Assembly (NCBI GenBank): GCA_963715195.1
Contig: CAVQRT010000014.1
Span: 1-64,000, forward strand
Length of the DNA stretch: 64,000 nucleotides
Direction: 5' to 3'
From: Thermodesulfovibrionales bacterium
GTDB lineage: Bacteria > Nitrospirota > Thermodesulfovibrionia > Thermodesulfovibrionales > SM23-35
Shown here: positions 1 to 7,528 of the stretch, in pieces
How the letters are laid out: each line of letters opens with the position of its first letter
Numbering within the stretch: the first letter of the stretch is position 1
Position numbers and translations under genes: made by a program
Notes under the pieces: model-generated
What the model was told of the DNA's origin: nothing
Databases searched by the model: none
Seen by the model: only the letters and a program-made list of their open reading frames with translations

Positions 1-62
1 AGGGGCTCTCTTTGTCGAGAGCCCAGGGGGAGGTGAGAAAGGAGTTAAATTTTACGTCTTGT
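1..62 (-). ncRNA. candidate sigma54-dependent small RNA (C/U-rich anti-SD tract plus terminal hairpin), running off the window edge
   Basis: Lies downstream of a -24/-12 motif. The minus strand reads ...AACUCCUUUCUCACCUCCCCCU-GGGCUCUC-GACAAA-GAGAGCCC-CU; 8-bp perfect stem at 3-24; no ORF. Confidence 0.35.
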
Positions 63-72
63 CTAGTATGAA

Positions 73-88
73 AGCATTTTTTGTGCCA
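73..88 (-). promoter_or_regulatory. sigma54 (RpoN) -24/-12 promoter
   Basis: Minus strand TGGCACAAAAAATGCT: GG and GC separated by exactly 10 nt, close to the TGGCAC-N5-TTGC consensus. Confidence 0.6.
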
Positions 89-229
89 AAGCATTGCTGT
101 CTGTAATCTATTGAATTATCGTGAAAATTCAATAGCGCATTTTTAAATATCACGAATGTATGACATGGTTTGACAGAGAAAAAGGCACTTTTAGGGTCTT
201 AGAGACTCGGCGTTCCCGGACCAGGTGGA

Positions 230-535
230 TCAGATGTGTCCGTATTCGACCCAGCGGTAAATGAAGAAAACTATGGCAAGAAGAACTGCGATGAAAATGA
301 TGGTAGCGAACAGTTTCGGTTTCCAGAAGAGTAAAAGGATAAGCAGGACTATTGCGAGACCAATCAAAAGATACGGGTGATCCCGGACAATCGCAAGGGA
401 ACCGGTAATACTGCCGATAAGAAGAGAATGTTCAACGAGTGCCTGTCCATTCTCACTGCCAAGAACAGTCTTCAGTTTATGGTGTATGTACAATATTAAA
501 TCTTCTACTTTCCAATTTTCCACTTTATCCATCAT
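230..535 (-). CDS. small membrane protein with Flp/TadE-like prepilin motif
   Basis: SENG|QALVEHSLL resembles the G|QxLVEY class III signal; two further hydrophobic segments follow. Confidence 0.6.
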   Translation of the reverse strand: MMDKVENWKVEDLILYIHHKLKTVLGSENGQALVEHSLLIGSITGSLAIVRDHPYLLIGLAIVLLILLLFWKPKLFATIIFIAVLLAIVFFIYRWVEYGHI

Positions 536-558
536 AGCACAATTTTCCTAATTTTCAA

Positions 559-634
559 TGGTGGACGGTAGGGGATTCGAACCCCCGACTTCCACGTTGC
601 GAACGTGGCGCTCTCCCAGCTGAGCTAACCGCCC
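559..634 (-). tRNA. tRNA-Ala (anticodon CGC)
   Basis: 76 nt GGGCGGTTAGCTCAGCTGGGAGAGCG-CCACG-TT-CGC-AA-CGTGG...GGTTCGAATCC...CCA; G3:U70 alanine identity pair; encoded CCA. Confidence 0.97.
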
Positions 635-790
635 ATTCGATTTTCTGATATGATATCATATAGTTGCAACATATACATCCACGTGTTCTTTGCCGTGCTA
701 TAGAATAGAACAACGTTTGCAGTGATCCTGTAGAAAGATTGGGGATCGGGACATGCATAGTCTCCTGAAAACGGAAGACGGGCACACTTT

Positions 791-2743
791 ATGAAGATGC
801 GTACCGGTGTGTATATCTGCAGCTGCGGCACGAACATTTCCGATACGTTAGATCTCAGTGAACTCTCCAGGTATTCGTCCAGTCTTGATAATGTTGCATA
901 TGTCAAAGTACATAACCTCCTTTGTTCTGAAGAAGGCAGGAATTTTCTGGCGGACGATATCAAACATCAAAAACCCGACCGGGTTGTCATTGCTGCCTGC
1001 ACTCCAAGAGAGCACGAAAAAACCTTCAGAGATGTCCTTCAAAAAGCCGGAATGAACCCGTATTTATTTCAGATGGTAAATCTCCGGGAGCAGGTTGCGT
1101 GGGTGAGTGACAGAACACACGCAAAAGAAAAAGCCCGTTGGTACATCCGTGCGGCAGTCAAACGAGTGGCACTGCATGAACCATTGGATATGCCGGCAAT
1201 CGATTGCAATACCGATGCGCTTGTCATCGGAGCGGGTGTTGCCGGTATGGAAGCCGCCCTGATCTTAGCCCGGTCCGGGAGAAGAGTCTGCCTGGTCGAA
1301 AAGAAATCTTTTATCGGAGGCAAGGCCATACAGTATGAAGACGTTTTCCCCACAATGGAGTGCTCTTCCTGCATGCTGGATCCACCCATGGATGAATTGC
1401 TCCATCATGAGAATATCGAGTTGTTGACCTCCAGTGAAGTTCGGGAGGTCATCGGGTTTGTCGGTAATTTTACGGTGAACATAGAGCGAAAAGCCACTTA
1501 TGTCGATAAGGATAGGTGCGTCGGGTGCGGGGCATGCTATGAACAGTGCCCGGTCAGTATGAAGAATGCTTTCGATTATAATCTGAGCGAGAGGAAAGCC
1601 ATTGATATGCCGTTCGCAGGTGCGCTTCCCAATGTGCCTGCTATAGACAGAGAACATTGTCTCCGTTTTCGCGGTCAGGAATGTACGATTTGCAAACAGG
1701 CCTGCCACTTTGATGCCATTGATTACGATAACGGGGACCAAGTCCTCGAGCGACACGCCGGCAGCATTATCGTGGCAACCGGATTTGAATTGCTGGATCC
1801 TTCAGTTCTTCCTTCCTTCGGGTATGGCATGATACCCGAAGTGTATACAAGCCTTGAATTCGAGAGAATTCTTTCCCAGAACGGCCCTACCGGGGGTAAA
1901 CTTTTCACGAAGAATAAAGAGAACCCTGAATCTCTCGCAATAATCCATTGTGTCGGGAGCAGGAATACGGAGGTAAAAGATTATTGTTCGGGTGTTTGCT
2001 GTCTGTATGCGGTGAAGTTCGCTCACGTGATGAGAAAACGGTTCCCCGCGGTGAAGGTATATGATCTCTGTGCTGACTGGTGTGTGCCGGGAAAAGATGG
2101 GCAGTCGTTTCTTGATTCCGTCAGGCAGTGGAAGAATTTCAAGGTTGTCCGGACATCGCTCCCGATGGATGTAAAAATCAATCAGGGAAAAAAGAGAATA
2201 AACCTTTCCTGTATGGATGTTACAGGGAAAGACAAGAGATTTGCTGTTGATATGGTAGTCCTCTGTCCTGCGATGATTCCGGCTGAGGGTTCCAGCAGGC
2301 TTTCTGAAATCCTCTCGATTCCTCAGGATAATAAAGGATTTTTCGCTGAGGGGCATGCAACCCTTGATTCTGTATCAACAACGATTGAAGGGATTTTGAT
2401 CGCGGGGTGTGCGCAGGGTCCAAAAAATATCCAGGCGTCGATTGCCCAGGGAACCGCTTCAGCCGGGAAGGTTCTCTCGATGCTCGTTCCCGGCAGAAAA
2501 CTGGAACTGCATGCAGTGACGGCCGAAATAGATGAAGATGCCTGTTCCGGCTGCATGATCTGTGCGGGCCTGTGCCCGTACAAGGCCATTCATTTTGACC
2601 GGACCAAGCGGGTTGCTGTCGTGAATACCGTTCTCTGCAAGGGATGCGGAACCTGCGTGGCGGCCTGCCCGAGCGGTTCTGCAAAGAGCAAACACTTTAC
2701 GACGGAACAGGTATGTGCTGAGATCGTGGAGGTGTTGCGATAA
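791..2743 (+). CDS. hdrA: heterodisulfide reductase subunit A-like FAD/Fe-S flavoprotein
   Basis: GVYICSCGTNI, VIAACTP, VNLREQ, GAGVAG Rossmann motif, HCVGSR..CSGVCC, inserted and C-terminal 2[4Fe-4S] ferredoxin motifs. Confidence 0.93.
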   Translation: MKMRTGVYICSCGTNISDTLDLSELSRYSSSLDNVAYVKVHNLLCSEEGRNFLADDIKHQKPDRVVIAACTPREHEKTFRDVLQKAGMNPYLFQMVNLREQVAWVSDRTHAKEKARWYIRAAVKRVALHEPLDMPAIDCNTDALVIGAGVAGMEAALILARSGRRVCLVEKKSFIGGKAIQYEDVFPTMECSSCMLDPPMDELLHHENIELLTSSEVREVIGFVGNFTVNIERKATYVDKDRCVGCGACYEQCPVSMKNAFDYNLSERKAIDMPFAGALPNVPAIDREHCLRFRGQECTICKQACHFDAIDYDNGDQVLERHAGSIIVATGFELLDPSVLPSFGYGMIPEVYTSLEFERILSQNGPTGGKLFTKNKENPESLAIIHCVGSRNTEVKDYCSGVCCLYAVKFAHVMRKRFPAVKVYDLCADWCVPGKDGQSFLDSVRQWKNFKVVRTSLPMDVKINQGKKRINLSCMDVTGKDKRFAVDMVVLCPAMIPAEGSSRLSEILSIPQDNKGFFAEGHATLDSVSTTIEGILIAGCAQGPKNIQASIAQGTASAGKVLSMLVPGRKLELHAVTAEIDEDACSGCMICAGLCPYKAIHFDRTKRVAVVNTVLCKGCGTCVAACPSGSAKSKHFTTEQVCAEIVEVLR

Positions 2744-3174
2744 AGGACTTTGAACCGAGAATTCTCGGATTCCTGTGCAACTGGTGCTCGTATGCAGCGG
2801 CAGATGCCGTGAGCAATATAGAGAAGAGATATCCCTCCAACGTGAGATTTATCAGGCTCATGTGCACCGGCAGGATCGATCCCGAGTTTGTGATAAAGGG
2901 ATTCCAGTCTGGTGCGGACGGAGTTGTGATACTTGGATGCCATCCCGGTGACTGCCATTATAAAGAGGGTAATTATAACGCACTCCGCAGGTTCTCCCTT
3001 CTGAGGCGTGTACTTGGTCAGTTCGGTATCGGAGAGGAGCGGTTGCGGCTGGAATGGATATCGGCCTGCGAATCTGATAAATTTGTGGAAACACTGCATG
3101 ACATGGTGAAAGAAATCAGGGCAAAGGGACCTTTAAACCCGAAAAGTGCAGGCATTGGTCGAAAAATTGTGTAA
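2740..3174 (+). CDS. mvhD: methyl-viologen-reducing hydrogenase delta subunit ([2Fe-2S]); probable ATA start
   Basis: The frame extends upstream of the ORF-track GTG (2809) through FEPRILGFLCNWCSYAAAD; also MCTGRID and GCHPGDCHY; SD GGAGGTG at 2728-2734. Confidence 0.9.
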   Translation: MKDFEPRILGFLCNWCSYAAADAVSNIEKRYPSNVRFIRLMCTGRIDPEFVIKGFQSGADGVVILGCHPGDCHYKEGNYNALRRFSLLRRVLGQFGIGEERLRLEWISACESDKFVETLHDMVKEIRAKGPLNPKSAGIGRKIV

Positions 3175-3312
3175 CTCGATGATTGATCGAAATATCTTTC
3201 AGCGTTCTCTGAATAGTTCATCTGAAAGGAACCATCAGCAAAGGTACACTGAGGTATCGAAAAATAATTTTTCTCGCAACATCTGCATTCATAATGAGTT
3301 TTTTTCGGAGAA
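3133..3312. mobile_element. ~180-bp MITE-like dispersed repeat, copy 1 (overlaps the mvhD 3' end)
   Basis: Colinear similarity to 57101-57283 (TCGAAAAATTGTGTAAsTCGATGATT, GAAATATCT, AAGGTACACTG). Confidence 0.55.
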
Positions 3313-3344
3313 AAATGGATTGTCTATGATATTCGGAGACGGGA

Positions 3345-4310
3345 TTGGCTAAGCCAAAGGCGGCTTTTTACTGGTGTGCATCGTGTGGGGGATGTGAAGA
3401 GGCTGTCATTGATCTTGCCGGGGACTTTCTGACTGTTGCCGAAGCATTCGATTTTGTGTTCTGGCCGGTTGCCATGGACTTCAAATTGAAAGATGTTGAG
3501 GCGCTTCATGACGGAGAGATAACCGTCAGTTTCATTAACGGAGGGATACGGACGTCGGATCAGGAGCATGTTGCAAAACTCCTGAGGAAGAAATCAGCTC
3601 TCGTTGTTGCCTTCGGGTCATGTGCCCATTTAGGAGGGGTACCCGGACTTGCGAATTTCGTAAAGCGCTCCGACATTTTCGGGTATGTATACCATGATTC
3701 CCCATCAGTTGTGAATCCGGATAACCGTGAACCCCTTGAGAAGACAAACGTTGCACAGGGAATATTAACACTGCCTGAATTTTACGATACCCTGAGCACT
3801 CTTGATCAGCTTATTGACGTTGATTATTATCTCCCCGGCTGTGCACCTCCCCCTGATCTTATCATGAAAGCTGTTGAGGGTATCCTTTCCGGCAATCTTC
3901 CTCCCAAAGGAACGGTGCTTGCTCCTGATAAATCCTTGTGTGATTCCTGCGCAAGAAAGGTTACCAGGCCTGAGAAATCTGTCATACGGGAGATCAGGCG
4001 GGTTCATGAAGTCTTGCTTGACCCGGACCGTTGCTTCCTTGATCAGGGCATTATCTGTCTTGGACCGGCGACACGCGACGGTTGCGGACAACGGTGCATT
4101 CAAGCAAATATGCCTTGCCGAGGGTGTTTCGGACCGACGAGCAGGGTTCAGGATCAGGGTGCGAAGTTTCTCTCGGCGCTGGCTTCTGTCATTGATGCAA
4201 AGGATGAGCAGGAAGCAGAAAAGATAATAGACGCGATCGCGGATCCGGCCGGAATATTTTATTTCTATTCATTACCGTCATCAATGCTGAAAAGGAGACG
4301 CGATGTTTAG
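3345..4310 (+). CDS. mvhG: [NiFe]-hydrogenase small subunit, group 3c
   Basis: CASCGGCE, FGSCAHLGG, LPGCAP, CLGPATRDGCGQRC..MPCRGCFGP motifs; TTG start. Confidence 0.92.
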   Translation: MAKPKAAFYWCASCGGCEEAVIDLAGDFLTVAEAFDFVFWPVAMDFKLKDVEALHDGEITVSFINGGIRTSDQEHVAKLLRKKSALVVAFGSCAHLGGVPGLANFVKRSDIFGYVYHDSPSVVNPDNREPLEKTNVAQGILTLPEFYDTLSTLDQLIDVDYYLPGCAPPPDLIMKAVEGILSGNLPPKGTVLAPDKSLCDSCARKVTRPEKSVIREIRRVHEVLLDPDRCFLDQGIICLGPATRDGCGQRCIQANMPCRGCFGPTSRVQDQGAKFLSALASVIDAKDEQEAEKIIDAIADPAGIFYFYSLPSSMLKRRRDV

Positions 4311-4312
4311 AA

Positions 4313-4434
4313 GGATTCAAGGATCCAAGGGTTCGAGGATTCAAGTGAAGCACAAGAGGAATTTTAGAATAAAAGGGGTTAATCATTTGGGTAGGGTGCC
4401 ACTCGGACCCTTGAATCCTGGACCCCTTGAACCC
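4313..4434. repeat. octamer tandem-repeat element with inverted arms
   Basis: GGATTCAA GGATCCAA GGGTTCGA GGATTCAA GTG ... CAC TCGGACCC TTGAATCC TGGACCCC TTGAACCC. Confidence 0.8.
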
Positions 4435-4450
4435 TTTTCAAAAGGAAAGA

Positions 4451-5908
4451 ATGAGTAAACGTATTACTATTGATCCTATCACGAGGCTTGAGGGGCATGG
4501 GAAGATAGAGATCTTCCTCGACAAAGAGGGCGATGTGGAAAGAGCATACCTCCAGGTGCCTGAACTCAGGGGCTTTGAGGCATTTTCAGCCGGCAGGCCG
4601 GCGGAAGAGATGCCGCGGTTAACCTCAAAGATATGCGGCGTCTGTCCGACTGCCCATCATATCTGTGCCGCAAAGGCGCTCGATGATCTCTATAAGGTGG
4701 AACCACCGCCTGCTGCAAAAAAACTCCGGGAATTGATGTATTCTGCCTTTATACTCGAAGACCACCTGCTCCATTTCTTTTTTCTCGGGGGCGTGGATTT
4801 CTTTGCCGGGCCCTCAGCTTCGCCTGCTGAAAGAAACATTCTGGGAGTCATAGCAAGAGTAGGAGCAGATGTTGCGAGACAGGTTATCACACTGAGAAAA
4901 GACTGCAGGGATATCATTGCCTGTTTGGGTGGTAGGGTGATCCATCCTGTCTGCGGCCTTCCCGGAGGAGTTTCAAAGCCGATGACCGAAGACGAGAGAC
5001 GGAAAATCGTGGAAGTTGCACGGGGGGCTATTGCATTTATGCAGGAGACGTGTGCGATGTTTCATGACGTGGTTCTGCGTGATAAGGCTTATCGGGATCT
5101 CATCATGGGAGATATCTATAAACTGAAAACATATTACATGGGAATGGTTGATCAGCAGGGTAACGTGAATTTTTACGATGGAGACATTCGGATAGTCACT
5201 CCCGAGGGGAAAAAATTCGTTCAATTCAGACCGAAAGATTATCTCCGGCATATCGCGGAACATGTTGAAACATGGAGTTATTCCAAATATGCGTACCTCA
5301 GGAAAATCGGATGGCAGGGATTCACTGAGGGCAAGGACAGCGGTATTTACCGTGTAGCTCCTCTGGCAAGGCTGAATGTTGCTGATGCCATGGCAACACC
5401 GCTTGCTCTGGCAGAGTATGAAAAGATGTTCAGGATACTCGGAGGCAAACCCGCTCATAATACACTTGCCTTCCACTGGGCCCGGCTCATAGAGGCCCTT
5501 TACGCCGCCGAGCATATGATGGAACTGGCTCAGGACGAAGAGATCACTGATCCGCACATCAGAAATATCCCGTCTGCGACTCCCCGGGAGGGCATAGGTA
5601 TTGTTGAAGCACCCCGCGGTACCCTGATTCACCATTATAAAACCGATAAGAATGGGATCATAACCGAAGCAAATCTGATCGTTGCAACGGTGCACAATAC
5701 CGCGGCAATCTGTATGTCGATTGAGAAAGCTGCGCGGAGTCATATACGAAAAGGGATTGTTTCAGAAGGTCTCCTCAACATGATTGAGATGGCTTTCCGT
5801 GCCTACGACCCCTGTTTTGCCTGTGCAACCCATATGTTGCAGGGAGTCAGAAGTATGTCCATACATGTCCGGGATAGCCAAGGTGAAATTATCCGGGGGC
5901 TTAAATAG
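4451..5908 (+). CDS. mvhA: [NiFe]-hydrogenase large subunit, group 3c
   Basis: ITRLEGHG, ELRGFE, L1 SKICGVCPTAH, EAPRG, L2 RAYDPCFACATH plus C-terminal extension; ATG at 4451 after AAAGGA. Confidence 0.93.
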   Translation: MSKRITIDPITRLEGHGKIEIFLDKEGDVERAYLQVPELRGFEAFSAGRPAEEMPRLTSKICGVCPTAHHICAAKALDDLYKVEPPPAAKKLRELMYSAFILEDHLLHFFFLGGVDFFAGPSASPAERNILGVIARVGADVARQVITLRKDCRDIIACLGGRVIHPVCGLPGGVSKPMTEDERRKIVEVARGAIAFMQETCAMFHDVVLRDKAYRDLIMGDIYKLKTYYMGMVDQQGNVNFYDGDIRIVTPEGKKFVQFRPKDYLRHIAEHVETWSYSKYAYLRKIGWQGFTEGKDSGIYRVAPLARLNVADAMATPLALAEYEKMFRILGGKPAHNTLAFHWARLIEALYAAEHMMELAQDEEITDPHIRNIPSATPREGIGIVEAPRGTLIHHYKTDKNGIITEANLIVATVHNTAAICMSIEKAARSHIRKGIVSEGLLNMIEMAFRAYDPCFACATHMLQGVRSMSIHVRDSQGEIIRGLK

Positions 5909-6012
5909 AAATGTATATTAATATCGGGTAAAAGGGGAATAGCGGAGTGCGAAAGGTGTTGATTACTCAATGCATTTTTTGGTAAATATATACCCAAAGG
6001 AGGTGGTAACAG

Positions 6013-6237
6013 ATGGCAACAGTAACGGTAGACTGTCTGGGTCTCAGATGTCCTCAGCCTATTTTAAAAATAGCAGCAAAGTCGGCTGAACTGAATCCGG
6101 GTGATACACTCGAAGCATCAGCTGATTGTCCTACCTTTGAAAAGGACATCCGTCATTGGTGTGAAAGGACAAAAAAAACACTGATGTGGATAAAGGATGA
6201 AGGCGCCGGGAAAAAGCGCTGCCAAATCCAGTTTTAA
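6013..6237 (+). CDS. tusA: TusA/SirA-family sulfur carrier protein
   Basis: VDCLGLRCPQP (CPxP) motif, 74 aa, strong SD AAAGGAGGTG. Confidence 0.88.
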   Translation: MATVTVDCLGLRCPQPILKIAAKSAELNPGDTLEASADCPTFEKDIRHWCERTKKTLMWIKDEGAGKKRCQIQF

Positions 6238-6277
6238 TTGATACTGCCGTGAGAACAATTCTGTAAAAAGGTTTCAT

Positions 6278-7486
6278 ATGCAGGCATACATAAAAGATTT
6301 GCTCCAGAAAAACAATACAAAAATTCTCCTTATTGTCCTTGACGGACTCGGAGGACTTCCCCTTCACGGCAAGACGGAACTGGATGCTGCAAATAAGCCG
6401 CATCTTGATGAACTGGCCCGGGTGTCTGCATGCGGACTACATGTGCCTGTTGCTTTGGGTATTACCCCGGGAAGCGGGCCCGGGCATCTGGCACTTTTCG
6501 GATATGACCCGGTTGAGTGGCAGATCGGCAGGGGTGTGCTCGAGGCGCTCGGGCTTGATGTAGAACTGAGGAAGACAGACATTGCCATAAGGATCAATTA
6601 TGCAACGATTAAAAACGGGCTTATTCAAGACCGACGGGCCGGAAGAATCCCGACGGATGAGAGCAGAAAGATTACCGAAAGACTTCAGGAAAACATACAG
6701 AAAATCGATGATGTCGAAGTGATTCTCGCTCCCGGGATGGAGCACCGTTTTGCTGCAGTGCTCAGATTCCCTGAACCACTGCCGCCAGGATCAGCCTCAA
6801 TTAAGGATACCGATCCGCAGAAAGAAGGCCTGGAACCGGTTCCGGTCACTCCTCAAAACCCGGAAGCCGGACGGGTAGCACAGGTCATCGAAAAATTTAT
6901 CCTGAATGTCACGGATGTATTGAAGCATGAGCCGGTGGCAAATTTTATTCTCCTTCGTGGAATTGCGCAGGTGCCTGATATCCCTCACTTTAAATTGATG
7001 TACGGACTGAAATCCCTCTGCATTGCAGTCTATCCCATGTACCGCGGTCTTGCCCGTCTGATCGGGATGGATGCGCCGGCTTTACAAGGTGACATACAGG
7101 ATGAAATCAATTTTCTGAAAACGCACTATCATGATTATGATTTTTTCTTCTTGCATGTGAAAAAGATTGATTCGTACGGAGAGGACGGAAATTTCCAAGG
7201 CAAAGTATCAAAGATAGAAGAGTTCGATACCTTTCTTCCGGATATACTGAGTCTTAATCCGGACGTCATCATCATCACCGGGGACCATTCTACGCCTGCT
7301 GTTCTGAAAAGCCATAGCTGGCACCCTGTGCCGGTTCTCCTCAAATCACCGTATGTGCTCGGGCAGACCTGCCAGCGGTTTACCGAGCGGGAGTGTATCA
7401 GGGGTGAACTGGGTATCTTCCGCACAGTAAACCTGATGACTTTAGCCCTTGCCAACGCCGGAAGACTCAAGAAGTTTGGTGCTTGA
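6278..7486 (+). CDS. apgM: 2,3-bisphosphoglycerate-independent phosphoglycerate mutase (archaeal type)
   Basis: LDGLGG, PGSGPGHLALFGYDP, GRGVLEA, GDHSTP, HSWHPVP. Confidence 0.9.
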   Translation: MQAYIKDLLQKNNTKILLIVLDGLGGLPLHGKTELDAANKPHLDELARVSACGLHVPVALGITPGSGPGHLALFGYDPVEWQIGRGVLEALGLDVELRKTDIAIRINYATIKNGLIQDRRAGRIPTDESRKITERLQENIQKIDDVEVILAPGMEHRFAAVLRFPEPLPPGSASIKDTDPQKEGLEPVPVTPQNPEAGRVAQVIEKFILNVTDVLKHEPVANFILLRGIAQVPDIPHFKLMYGLKSLCIAVYPMYRGLARLIGMDAPALQGDIQDEINFLKTHYHDYDFFFLHVKKIDSYGEDGNFQGKVSKIEEFDTFLPDILSLNPDVIIITGDHSTPAVLKSHSWHPVPVLLKSPYVLGQTCQRFTERECIRGELGIFRTVNLMTLALANAGRLKKFGA

Positions 7487-7496
7487 TAGACGGTAC

Positions 7497-7528
7497 GTGA
7501 CCCCTTGAATCCTCGAACCCTCGAATCC
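7497..7528. repeat. octamer repeat, right arm only; contains the TTG start of the tatD fusion
   Basis: GTGACCCC TTGAATCC TCGAACCC TCGAATCC. Confidence 0.7.

Noticed and set aside
559..634. tRNA-anchored integrative element
   Set aside because: No integrase and no duplicated tRNA 3' end seen in the window
3176..3290. PIN/VapC toxin fragment on the minus strand (MLREKLFFDTSVYL)
   Set aside because: Stops follow at once, and the second copy of the element does not keep the motif convincingly; treated as non-coding repeat
791..5908. Selenocysteine in HdrA, MvhD or MvhA ([NiFeSe] enzyme)
   Set aside because: All relevant positions are Cys codons (e.g. DPCFAC); no in-frame TGA in the coding regions
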